Origin: a virus
Length of the DNA stretch: 64,000 nucleotides
Virus record (IMG/VR): IMGVR_UViG_3300035698_014365
Coordinates: 1-64,000 of that record
Reading direction: 5' to 3' (one strand)
A model generated the notes under the pieces. That model was not told the DNA's origin. It worked only from the letters and a program-made list of their open reading frames with translations, and did no database searches. The position numbers and the translations under genes are program-made. Below, piece by piece: positions 19,001-26,377 of this stretch. Within the stretch, counting starts at the first letter, position 1. Each line of letters starts with the position of its first letter.

Positions 19001-19025
19001 CCTGACGTGCGATATCGAGAGGCAC
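13050..19025 (-). CDS. Giant internal virion/ejection (polyvalent) protein with a GGDEF-like domain
   Basis: 1991 aa, helical, last in the ejection-protein block; C-terminus of the large-polyvalent-protein type; DFRNLGGLND...GHDAAN...RTGGDEL. Confidence 0.8.
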   Translation of the reverse strand: MPLDIARQDSFLGAASALPAYSGWSPDDIRSNVTEVLSSGDEGRIAGLSSALGGLDAYGGWESQAISQNLSEIFVEPGAAAPSAPAPAPAPEPAGPDRTGILGEVLGEGPMAPPGPERTLTEAAVPDATRVDIEPTTPPAETEEERQLRVGQEEAPPGHLYAGEDFVAASDDPVAPALPEREETVVANSRNEASRKPLVGVSARELRNLAKSQGLEGDGEVGTAGWLASLPENQQRLVLDRSGDNVQRTVNQQLIEDVAIEERVNPFVSTVAGISESVPGSRLLRKGIASLAEGTVGKVPGAVGKAGRSVATNVRAVDRMVDQARKENPELFVGGQISGTVLQSIGMAGLVGKGLQTVPWIAKSKFLTSALTRTIVAGGLSGARTIDDLTEGKVALGDALFAAARGAGAGFVSVIPEVYAPAGALQLLAQPLADLAYDAWVGSAVGENVVSAEWMKQELLNLAIAEGFSIRDVASGAKFKVLQGAQRAEIKGWIKGKGKEGFAVVSDAKVDEFGARRDELFEPVADKLAGDALPKMQPGAQFEQPKPGAGPKQPTLDIAKPGDTKPEPEFKAPATPQELAKVTENATKNLTESTSKSPEVDAADKIGARVLKKFEGTTEPENTAEILDPTLAFVREAQQPGVSDKIRKNTEALADLSHDEVMDMPTRPIYVNSIYRLASLKKPFSIVSVDFRNLGGLNDFFEGKLPDANGEYYSKEWASKHPEYLDADGNPLKGHDAANIAMRKGGDFLKQELDTPESKIDRTGGDELNGADAARVADESRAAAERASSEYDGYIRGLGLHELSHPKNGGMPTGVGMDVGAADHVVGRDPMATSGSAGADAEDAKQQYLRDVSNRDIDAGGNRRYIEDETRAGRWKENSDYVHGDGEQAGRLGQADTRGVSGDDGQAPGGTPEAPKPAPTPEPVTPKAEPPKKPPPPKAGAKPKQQPKQKERSFPKTAEKKGRPGGTSRLYTPKSNVESIKNADAVIRERGWEGAEQWVKSDESSGSEKTVVAMRLIDHYQSVSNKAGTGNPARADAAMSKAIEIATETSVALTKAGQEIQAARVFGRLLKDPAGVLVAGQRRLDQINKTRPDKRKLVLQTKDAKELQRLAKIAQTWDTLDKETKQVLGVLERVVSSGELTSSDVESLKLMQTKIHDAVGSEPVPLKGKAKKPSLNKMLQGRLNTMAAERMDKYKKSLTQAKTRAGLPGDEMADLAIIGAAKLGETGLKFGEWSKSMMGDLDERVQPHLQKIYRRARKVLKTERARTQALWEQATAVDRLVKRIESDESVPQEMFEHLKERTASIEELTGDARTEAILEVQQTLELLKPPKFWRRVSALQTIAQLLNVKTLGRNVIGNSLMQAAERVIDLPATAIDIGVSRVTGERSVTLGKGGTHAFEEMYKGFMKGARRSIKGLPTGDVSTKFQIQGAAFRGKGAEGPFKYAEKTLGFLEKALGVSLGATDRAVYETVKNQLVGEIAELAAINNKVPKADRKAYVQDFMKNAPDAAIELAHQYGKYVTFQDDNFLSEGAVALKKLLNAKKDFGVGDLVLKYPKTPANLLARALEYSPAGMVKSMYHLGRAVAGHEFNQREFVRSLTRAVVGGGGLTGMGYAMYNMGIITGDAENYNVTAFEREQTGGGPYRVNVSGLKRWVFSGFTDAEAAKKRKDDMLVSYDWAQPLAISLSLGANIAQARQERAFESGDYGAAFDNTVDAFSGGAQSIAETPALAGLQTLFGRGVPGDEGKQYTRALARVFEQAPASFVPTFVYQVRQAMDNTAREKHDPNTFKRALNNVINKLPFVEKMLPEAYNTLGLDKKQIFKSGSNSLFNVFLNPAFVTKYDVDPMIEMVLTPYEAERRTGQIPRRAPRKLTFSKKDAISKLGVDPADVKELAKIGASKAKDRIEFNISGEERAALQKYMAELLTRQFRRALKRQQGATGKDAWKNKSPEVQEKILAKHVSFVGEMARQQFLLKKLGKIKAYSVSDNDLLKE

Positions 19026-20431
19026 TAAAATCCTCCGCCACGGTTATCCGCTGGTGCGCCGCCTCCCCCTCCACCGCTCTGCTGTGCAAGAATAGCCTGC
19101 ACGGCCTTCAAGTCCTCCGGTGTTGGCTGTGGCATCTCCGAGTCCTCGGCCAGCTTTGGAGAATACATGTGTGCAAGGGCCGCACGATACCGAGGAACAG
19201 CCCACACCTGTGCCGCTGCCGAGTTGGGGAGAATGCGATAAGTCGTCTTGCCAAATGCATCAGTGTCAGCCTGAACACTCTTCGGGAATATTGCTTGGAG
19301 CTCACGCTTCAAGACTGTGCTCAAATCCTTCTCGGACTGGCCGGCAGTCTTCGGAGTCGGCGACTTGGGTGCAGCCGCACCGCTGGCCTTCTGTGTCGCC
19401 AGCTTTTTCTGCTCCTCGGCAGCCTTGATTTCTCCCTGGTAGCGAATCCCATCATTCTCGAGCTTGCCTTTGAGGTCCAGCAACTCGTCCTTGTCAGTGG
19501 GCAGCCCGGTCTCCTGCGCCATCTGCTGTATTTTGATGTTCGCCTTCTCGTCAGGCCCACCAGCCATGAGCTTCAGGAGCTTGTCAACATCCGAGGTTTT
19601 TTTCTTTGACCCTGCGAGCTGTTCCTGCTTGCCGTACACATAGAAGTTGGCACCCGTAATGGACTGGAGCCCGCCACGCGCCTTCGTCTCAGTAAGGAGC
19701 TGCTGATCAGGGTCTTGGCCCATCTCGGGAGTGCGGCCCTGCTGAATAAGCTGCTTTTCTTTCTCCTGAAGCTGAGAGCCGGGGCCGGTGGCGGCAATCT
19801 CTTGTCCAGTCACATCGGGGACCGACCCAGCGACCTGTTGGGTAAGCTCCTGCGTGCTCTGTGCCCCGGGAATCAACTGGCTCGGTGGCTCCTGTGGAGG
19901 CAAATCATCTGCAGGCCCGAGCCTCTGGGCGAGCTCCGGGTTCTCAACATTGCTCCTGCCAATATCCTCGTCGGTTGGAGCGGCGCCCTGTGGCCCCATC
20001 ATACTCACCTGCGAGGACTGGCCGGCGATGTTGGCCGTCTCGGCTATTGTGCTCTTGCGGCGATCCTTGGCCTGTTTCTCCCATATAGGAAAGCTCATAC
20101 CAAAAATGGGGGGCGTGTCAAGCCCAAGCTCGGCAACAGCCCTCTTCTGAAGCTCGTACTGGGCGACGTAGTTAAGGAACTTATCAGGCTCCTCTATTGA
20201 GTCCACCCTCTTTTTCATTGCCGAGCGCTTCTGCTGGCTCCAGTCCGACGCCGTAGGAGAGGCCAATAGCTGGGCTGTAAATTCGCTCTTTGTGGCAGTG
20301 AAGTTCTTCATCTTCTTGCGCAGCTCGGCCGCAGCAACCGTGTTGTCAGCAGATCTTCCAACCTTGCCGAGTTGCGACGCTATCTTACCAAAACCGCCAA
20401 TAAAGTCTGTTACAGGGTATGGAGCGCCCAT
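19025..20431 (-). CDS. Putative internal virion (ejection) protein
   Basis: Gln/Ala/Lys-rich; position in the podovirus ejection block. Confidence 0.6.
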   Translation of the reverse strand: MGAPYPVTDFIGGFGKIASQLGKVGRSADNTVAAAELRKKMKNFTATKSEFTAQLLASPTASDWSQQKRSAMKKRVDSIEEPDKFLNYVAQYELQKRAVAELGLDTPPIFGMSFPIWEKQAKDRRKSTIAETANIAGQSSQVSMMGPQGAAPTDEDIGRSNVENPELAQRLGPADDLPPQEPPSQLIPGAQSTQELTQQVAGSVPDVTGQEIAATGPGSQLQEKEKQLIQQGRTPEMGQDPDQQLLTETKARGGLQSITGANFYVYGKQEQLAGSKKKTSDVDKLLKLMAGGPDEKANIKIQQMAQETGLPTDKDELLDLKGKLENDGIRYQGEIKAAEEQKKLATQKASGAAAPKSPTPKTAGQSEKDLSTVLKRELQAIFPKSVQADTDAFGKTTYRILPNSAAAQVWAVPRYRAALAHMYSPKLAEDSEMPQPTPEDLKAVQAILAQQSGGGGGGAPADNRGGGF

Positions 20432-20434
20432 CTG

Positions 20435-20797
20435 CTACCTCCCGGTTTTCCAAACTTGCATAAGGTTGTTGCGCAGCCCAGGGGATTTGTTGAGAACCCC
20501 ATTAAAGTTCTGCTGAAAGGCCTGGGCTTTCTGGTAGTCGCCCTCCTCTTCCCTCCACTTCCACTCGCGTGCACTCTGCTGTCTCTGGAACGCCAACTGG
20601 CTACGCTGTGCCGCGATAGATGAGGCGAGGCTTCTTTTTTTGAGAGAAAAGTCCCGCGCATTTATCATCATTGCCTCGCGGCGAGCCTCCTCGTCGGCTT
20701 CTTCCTGCTTGGACATCCCAATGGCGCTCAATACGAGGCCACCGATATCCGCAATGGTACTGAGTGTGCCCGCTCCCGCCACTGTTCCTACACCCAT
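20435..20797 (-). CDS. Putative internal virion protein (Gly-rich hydrophobic N-terminus plus coiled coil)
   Basis: Composition and position like small ejection proteins. Confidence 0.6.
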   Translation of the reverse strand: MGVGTVAGAGTLSTIADIGGLVLSAIGMSKQEEADEEARREAMMINARDFSLKKRSLASSIAAQRSQLAFQRQQSAREWKWREEEGDYQKAQAFQQNFNGVLNKSPGLRNNLMQVWKTGR

Positions 20798-20811
20798 ATC
20801 ATACCCCCCCC

Positions 20812-23025
20812 CTAGAAAGTCCCTACTGCGTTTTCGCCTACGAGGGCGCCCTCAAGACCACTCCTGTTTTCGCTGCTCCAAAGGTGGCGAGACACCCCCA
20901 TCGAATAGAACTTCCACATACTTACGATCTGGGACTCGCCCCAGCCCTTGGCGGCAAAGTTGTCGTAAACGGCCATCGGAACGACCTCTGTCAACGTAGT
21001 CCCGTCTGCCACCATTGTTGCGAGTTCGTCAGGCGAATATCCATAGTTGTCAAACCACCCAAGCTCTACCTGTCTTGCTGTTATTGGATCTCCAGCAGTG
21101 GTCGGTTCAATATTTCTACGGATGTCATCAGAAACAAGTGGTGCAACAGTGTCGTTCATCCACCGCCCGGTCCTCGCCCAGTCCTCAACTGTCATATTCG
21201 GGGCTATTTCTGACAGCAGGTTAGAAAGCTCAAGAGAGTTGGCCGCCTTCTTATCAGGGTTATCGGTTGAATTGTGCTCTGAGGTAAGACGCCAAATGCG
21301 CTCAAACTCGGCCTCAAAGTCGGCGGGGTTTGACATGATTGTAAGCATGTTTTGGCCTCCGCTATTGTACCATGTCTCAAACTCCTGCGTTGTCGGCTGA
21401 CCAAGGTTCTCCCACACGCTCTGGGTAGCGTTCTCCGCAAGCTCAGGGTTCAGGTTCTCGGTGAAAGTACCGAAGGCAGTCGCTCGCTGCTCTGGCGTCA
21501 CGGCTAGACCACCGCCGGGGCCCCCACCGCCCCCAGGAACGCTGAGTCCAAGACTCTCAAGCATGTCGTAGTCTATCTGGAACTTGCCATCTGCGTCGAA
21601 CGTCCCAACGCCAAGGAGATGCATCTTCCCAATCGTGGACCGGGCTTCCGCGGGGTCCATGTCCGGGAACAGCGTTGCAAGCGTATCGTCGTCCAGGGAA
21701 TTCATGGCCTGGTAGACAGGGTCTCCGTTGAGTGCCATCTTCTCATACATAGCCTTGGCCGACTCTGGCGCCATCCCAAGCATGTCGATGGTCCCGTCGT
21801 TCTGCATTGCGGTGAATGCATCGTCCCAGCCCATGCCGCTTGCAATGTACTTGGTTATATTCTCCATGCCAGACGCAAAGTCAGCACGCGACTCTGCGGT
21901 CAGCATCCTGTCGGTGTTCAGCGGAACCCCATACAAGGACTCAAACGCAGTAGACGCCTGTGCGAAGTTGTCTGCTCCGCCAGCCTCTATGAGGGCCTGT
22001 GCGGCATCTACCTTTCGAGTGTACTCCTGCTGAGACTTCTGCAGGCCAAGTGTCGCCATGCTGTTCACCGCCTGCATCTGACGCGCAGCGGCCTGCTCGT
22101 TGATGCCGCGCATCGCTTCGACTTCCTGCCCACCAAACTGGCCCTGAAGCATCGCGCGCTCAGTAAGGCCCTCGCGACCAGTCATGCCAAGCTGAGACAT
22201 GTCCTGCGCAAGCGCACCAGAGGCAGCCTGCTCCTCGCCCTTCAAACGCATGCGCTCCGACTGGCGTTGCTGGTCAAGCTGCGGGTCTTGCCCTGCGGCA
22301 ATCTGGCTCATAATACCAGTGCTCTGATTGAACAGGCTGTCGCCCTGGCCAACCTGTGCCACGGGTGTCGTAGCAGCGGGGTCTGCCGGGGGGTTATTCA
22401 ATGCATCCAAGTTCGCGTTAGGCGCATTGGGGTCACCGGTGGCGCTCAGATCAAGGTTCAAATTCCCCATCTGTGTCGATGGTACAGCGCCCGCACCTGC
22501 TGCCACCCCGTCAGAGGTTGCCAGTGGAAGATCCAGGTTTCCCATCTGTGCCGATGACCTACCTCCCCTCAGGCTACCCTTCGCAACGGCTGCAGGGGGC
22601 CTTGCCCCACCCAAAACACGCGGGTCAACTCCCGCAGCAGCCCTTCCACCGGACCCCTTGGCTTCGGCTGCTGATGGCCTAAATGTCCCGCCCCTCTGCG
22701 CCCCTGGAATCCCATAATCCCGTTCAATTCCCTTGAGCTGCGACTGGCTGACCGGAGTAACCGTCATGCTGCCATCGGGGTTGCGCGTCAAGTCCTCTCC
22801 TTCATGGAGCATCAGGGGGCCTTCCTGCGTCCCGACCATCTGTGTCGGGTTGGATGGCTGTAGTTGCCCATCTTCACCGAGACCAGTGTTGCCAAGGGCC
22901 TGTGAGCCAAGCGGCGGCCCCGCGGCCACTGCCAACTGCTTGCGCAGCTCCTTCAGGGACTTCGACTCTTTGCGCGAAGCGCGAGTCTGTTCTTCCTTGA
23001 GCCACTTATATCTCGACTTAGCCAT
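20812..23025 (-). CDS. Putative internal virion protein
   Basis: Gln/Ala/Gly/Met-rich helical core; position. Confidence 0.6.
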   Translation of the reverse strand: MAKSRYKWLKEEQTRASRKESKSLKELRKQLAVAAGPPLGSQALGNTGLGEDGQLQPSNPTQMVGTQEGPLMLHEGEDLTRNPDGSMTVTPVSQSQLKGIERDYGIPGAQRGGTFRPSAAEAKGSGGRAAAGVDPRVLGGARPPAAVAKGSLRGGRSSAQMGNLDLPLATSDGVAAGAGAVPSTQMGNLNLDLSATGDPNAPNANLDALNNPPADPAATTPVAQVGQGDSLFNQSTGIMSQIAAGQDPQLDQQRQSERMRLKGEEQAASGALAQDMSQLGMTGREGLTERAMLQGQFGGQEVEAMRGINEQAAARQMQAVNSMATLGLQKSQQEYTRKVDAAQALIEAGGADNFAQASTAFESLYGVPLNTDRMLTAESRADFASGMENITKYIASGMGWDDAFTAMQNDGTIDMLGMAPESAKAMYEKMALNGDPVYQAMNSLDDDTLATLFPDMDPAEARSTIGKMHLLGVGTFDADGKFQIDYDMLESLGLSVPGGGGGPGGGLAVTPEQRATAFGTFTENLNPELAENATQSVWENLGQPTTQEFETWYNSGGQNMLTIMSNPADFEAEFERIWRLTSEHNSTDNPDKKAANSLELSNLLSEIAPNMTVEDWARTGRWMNDTVAPLVSDDIRRNIEPTTAGDPITARQVELGWFDNYGYSPDELATMVADGTTLTEVVPMAVYDNFAAKGWGESQIVSMWKFYSMGVSRHLWSSENRSGLEGALVGENAVGTF

Positions 23026-23035
23026 TGACTACTCC

Positions 23036-23440
23036 TTACAGGCGAACGCTGCCAAGGAACTTGATTTCACGTGCATCGGTATCAGCATGCCGACTTTCGG
23101 TGCCGCGCTTCCATGAGGTGCCAAAGTAGATGCGCATGAAGCACAACGGGTGTGTCTGGCGACCGGCCAGAACGTACCGGTCAATCTCTTGCTCTGTCTG
23201 CCCCATCAGGTAACCGACAACAGACTCGCCCTTGTCGGTGTCCCCAAGCACAACCCCCATGTCAACGAAGTTCGCGCGGGTCGTCTCGACGACGGCGCTG
23301 AGCCCCATCTCCGTGACGTAGGCACTTGTGCCCTTGCGAATCTCGTCGATGTCCACATAGTCACCCGAGACACGCGCCGGATTGTCGAACCAGCCATTCA
23401 AAATCGGGTAAGACATACTTGCTCTCTCGCGTACAGCCAT
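23036..23440 (-). CDS. Hypothetical structural protein
   Basis: GGAGG SD; within the structural operon. Confidence 0.6.
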   Translation of the reverse strand: MAVRERASMSYPILNGWFDNPARVSGDYVDIDEIRKGTSAYVTEMGLSAVVETTRANFVDMGVVLGDTDKGESVVGYLMGQTEQEIDRYVLAGRQTHPLCFMRIYFGTSWKRGTESRHADTDAREIKFLGSVRL

Positions 23441-23449
23441 GCCATCCTC

Positions 23450-23614
23450 CTATTGCTTTACTTTGTCCTCAAGCTCTTTGACGCGATGTCTCAGAGCCGT
23501 GACTTGTGCGTTCAGTTGGTTTGCCAGGTCAATCACCTTGCGCTGCGACTCCGGATCGGCAGGGTCAATGTCCCGGACAATATTCTGATACTGTTCATCT
23601 ACCAAATTGGGCAT
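23450..23614 (-). CDS. 54-aa coiled-coil protein (MPNLVDEQYQ...KVKQ), absent from the ORF track
   Basis: Translated by hand; GGAG SD; fills the gap between neighbours. Confidence 0.65.
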   Translation of the reverse strand: MPNLVDEQYQNIVRDIDPADPESQRKVIDLANQLNAQVTALRHRVKELEDKVKQ

Positions 23615-25914
23615 GTCGTGTCTCCCTGGTGCTCAGTCATGTCTCGGTGCATGTACAGCACCGACTCGAGGTCCGGAGCATTCGACACTATCCGCAAGTC
23701 GCTGAATTGGCAGCCACCAGACAGCAGCGTAACCGCCCCACCATAGCTCTCCGTCGAATCGGGCAGGTTGGCAGTGTTGGTAAGGGCCCCGTTCTCATAT
23801 ACAATCAACGATGAGCCGTCACGAACCACCACCAGGTGCGTCCAGGCAGCATATGTTTCATTAAGATACACTCTTATGTCGTTGTTATCATCCTCAAATC
23901 GCAATGCGTACCCTTCGTCTTGAAAACGGACACGCAATCGCAGTTCTCCGTCGTCGAATATCACCACTTCATCGGACAGGCTGCGAAGCCACACGCCAAC
24001 AGCGAAGTCGCCGGAGCCAGTTGCTGCCATTGTGGCAGTCAGGCTGTCTGTGATGCCCATCACAACGGCGCTCCCCGACTTCCCGTCAGGGCCAATCGTA
24101 GTATTCGAGAACGATCCACCGGCAGCAACACCGGTTGCGCGGTCCATTGTCGGCGACAACTGGTCTCTGCCAATCCACAACAGAGGCGTTGACCATGCCA
24201 GCGCCCACGACATCTCACTCATCAGCTTCTTGGGTGGCGCACTGCCCTTGCTGAACAGCTTTGCCCACATCTGCGTCATAACCAGGCGCCATGGAGCCAC
24301 AACCACGCGAGTCACGAGCTGGATGAACTTCGACTCAAAGTGTCTGTCAGCCACAATCTGGCCATCAATAGGCACTTCCCGGGTCACCACAAAGTCTGTC
24401 GGCAGAGAGTCTTGGCGCAGCGCAGCGTCCATCGACATGCCCGGGCGGTATCCATCGGCATCAAACTCGCCCACAGAGCGCACGTTTTTGTACCACGGCT
24501 TCACATTGATATGCGTCTCACTGTGCCGGTAGATGTCGGAGCCCAGCTTCGCGTACAGCTCGGGGTATATCACCTCGCTCTCAATCTCAGAGCCAGCGTA
24601 CTCATCTTCCCCGTCTTTCCACTGGTCGTCACGCCCCATCTCGTGGATCTTGAACGTCGTGGCGTCCATCACCAGCGGCACACTCTCATCCACAGGACTC
24701 TGCAGCTCAATGGTGCCCGTCTTACCAATGGGGTACGGGAATGCCTCCCCGTTGTAGAACGACCACCCAACGCCCTGAGAGGGCTGCTGAGGGATGGCGT
24801 GGCGTGCACAGAAGTCGGTCTTACTCACGACATACCCTGAGCCGTAGTCCCAGTTGTGGATGTAGATGGTGAGGGTCGTCGTCGAGGTGTTGCCCAAGGC
24901 GTCGGTGATTACGTACGTTACTTCGTATTCGCCAGGCGACTCGTAGGTGTGGGCCGGGTCTTTCTCGTCGCTCGTTGTGCCATCCCCAAAGTCCCAGAAG
25001 TGCCCCGTGACAGCCGCATCCTCGGTTCCGGTGAACTGCTTGTTGTCAGGAGCGGCGCCGGTCTCTGAGTCCACCGATGCAGACGCTGCGGGGATGCCAA
25101 AGTAGAACGCCCCAACACCCTGCCTGTCCTCGTCGGCATACCCGTGGTCGTATCCGGTGAACGCATTGTCCTGCTCCGGCAGCCCAAACAGCGAGTAGCG
25201 CATGTTCTGCGTGGTGAACGTAGTGATGTCGCTCGGGATGTCGCGAGACAGCGTAACGCTGAACGTACACCCAATATACGTGATGTTGGTGCCGTTGCCG
25301 ACCTGTGACTGCGTCTTGCCCACGAAGGTGCAGTTGGTGCAAATCACCGTGTAGTTGCTGGCCACATCGAATTCGCAGTCAAGGAACAGGCAGTCGGTGA
25401 ACCGGTATACGTTGCCTATCTGGCCGTTGTACCCCACGGCGAACAGCGGCGAGTGGATTGTGCACCCCTCAAACCTGAATACACAGCTACTGTGGTCCAC
25501 GTCGACCTGCAGAGAGGTCGCGTGGCGCATGTAGCACGACTTCCAGGCGTACTCATTGCTATCAGAAATTACCCGCATTGTAAGCGTGAGGTTGCCCAGA
25601 ACCCCTCGCGCCGTGGTAAGGCCATCGGCGTTTTTATCCGAGCCGTAGTAGTCAAACTCGTCAGTGATTATCCACGCATCAAACCCACCCTCTGACCGAT
25701 TCCACCCGTCAAGTGTTTGGTTGGGATTACCCATGAAAACGTCTACATCAAGGTAATCATATGTCCCATTCATGCGGAAAATGGAGCCTGCGGCATCCCC
25801 ACCATTCTCTATGAACGTAAGCCACCGAGGATACCCCCACGGATCGGCGGAAGTACCAGGATTCATCCCCGTTCCAAGGGTGCTAAAGTCTGTGTAGAAC
25901 GTCGCCATGGGCAA
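23599..25914 (-). CDS. Multidomain tail protein: beta-helix-like, PKD, nozzle-like segment, LamG/ConA-like
   Basis: WDFGDGTTS...PAHTYESPGEYEVT (PKD); WTHLVVVRDG..LIVYENG (LamG). Confidence 0.8.
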   Translation of the reverse strand: MPMATFYTDFSTLGTGMNPGTSADPWGYPRWLTFIENGGDAAGSIFRMNGTYDYLDVDVFMGNPNQTLDGWNRSEGGFDAWIITDEFDYYGSDKNADGLTTARGVLGNLTLTMRVISDSNEYAWKSCYMRHATSLQVDVDHSSCVFRFEGCTIHSPLFAVGYNGQIGNVYRFTDCLFLDCEFDVASNYTVICTNCTFVGKTQSQVGNGTNITYIGCTFSVTLSRDIPSDITTFTTQNMRYSLFGLPEQDNAFTGYDHGYADEDRQGVGAFYFGIPAASASVDSETGAAPDNKQFTGTEDAAVTGHFWDFGDGTTSDEKDPAHTYESPGEYEVTYVITDALGNTSTTTLTIYIHNWDYGSGYVVSKTDFCARHAIPQQPSQGVGWSFYNGEAFPYPIGKTGTIELQSPVDESVPLVMDATTFKIHEMGRDDQWKDGEDEYAGSEIESEVIYPELYAKLGSDIYRHSETHINVKPWYKNVRSVGEFDADGYRPGMSMDAALRQDSLPTDFVVTREVPIDGQIVADRHFESKFIQLVTRVVVAPWRLVMTQMWAKLFSKGSAPPKKLMSEMSWALAWSTPLLWIGRDQLSPTMDRATGVAAGGSFSNTTIGPDGKSGSAVVMGITDSLTATMAATGSGDFAVGVWLRSLSDEVVIFDDGELRLRVRFQDEGYALRFEDDNNDIRVYLNETYAAWTHLVVVRDGSSLIVYENGALTNTANLPDSTESYGGAVTLLSGGCQFSDLRIVSNAPDLESVLYMHRDMTEHQGDTTCPIW

Positions 25915-26377
25915 AGTGCTCGCTCTCTATTACGCCAACTTTTCCGAGAAGTCTCTGGTTCAAAACCTGGTGTGCATCCGCGTAAGCCATTATCATCCTG
26001 CCTGCCCTCAAGCAACGCAGCATCAGCGTGGCAAACAAGTCCTTCAACGCCTTGCAGTCTCCCGTGTAGAACAGAAAGTGGTCTATCTGATGCTTCCCGT
26101 ATCTGGCGAAGTGTGCCTTACCGTTGAGAGGGGGGAGCGAACGCACCGCGCAGTCGAAGTCCCGGTACAACCACCCGGGGCGCCGCATTCCCTCGTAAAT
26201 TCTCACGATATCTGACAACACTCGCAACCCCTTTTCGCCTTCCGGCAGCTCCGCACCAGCCATCGCTGGCTGAATAGCACTCGGCACCTCTGTCACCACC
26301 TCGTCAAAGGCGCCTCCCGGCACGGGCTCGTCGCCCAGCCAGACCCCGTAAGTCCTTATACCTTCTGCTTTTCCCAT
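25883..26377 (-). CDS. Hypothetical protein, possibly GNAT-like virion assembly factor
   Basis: Position after the nozzle; C-terminal AY.D...N.RLL.K.G pattern (weak). Confidence 0.45.
   Translation of the reverse strand: MGKAEGIRTYGVWLGDEPVPGGAFDEVVTEVPSAIQPAMAGAELPEGEKGLRVLSDIVRIYEGMRRPGWLYRDFDCAVRSLPPLNGKAHFARYGKHQIDHFLFYTGDCKALKDLFATLMLRCLRAGRMIMAYADAHQVLNQRLLGKVGVIESEHFAHGDVLHRL

Noticed and set aside
13050-19025. Giant ORF as a tape measure protein or virion RNA polymerase
   Set aside because: There are no tail tube or chaperone genes and no polymerase motifs were recognised; the position fits a podovirus ejection protein.
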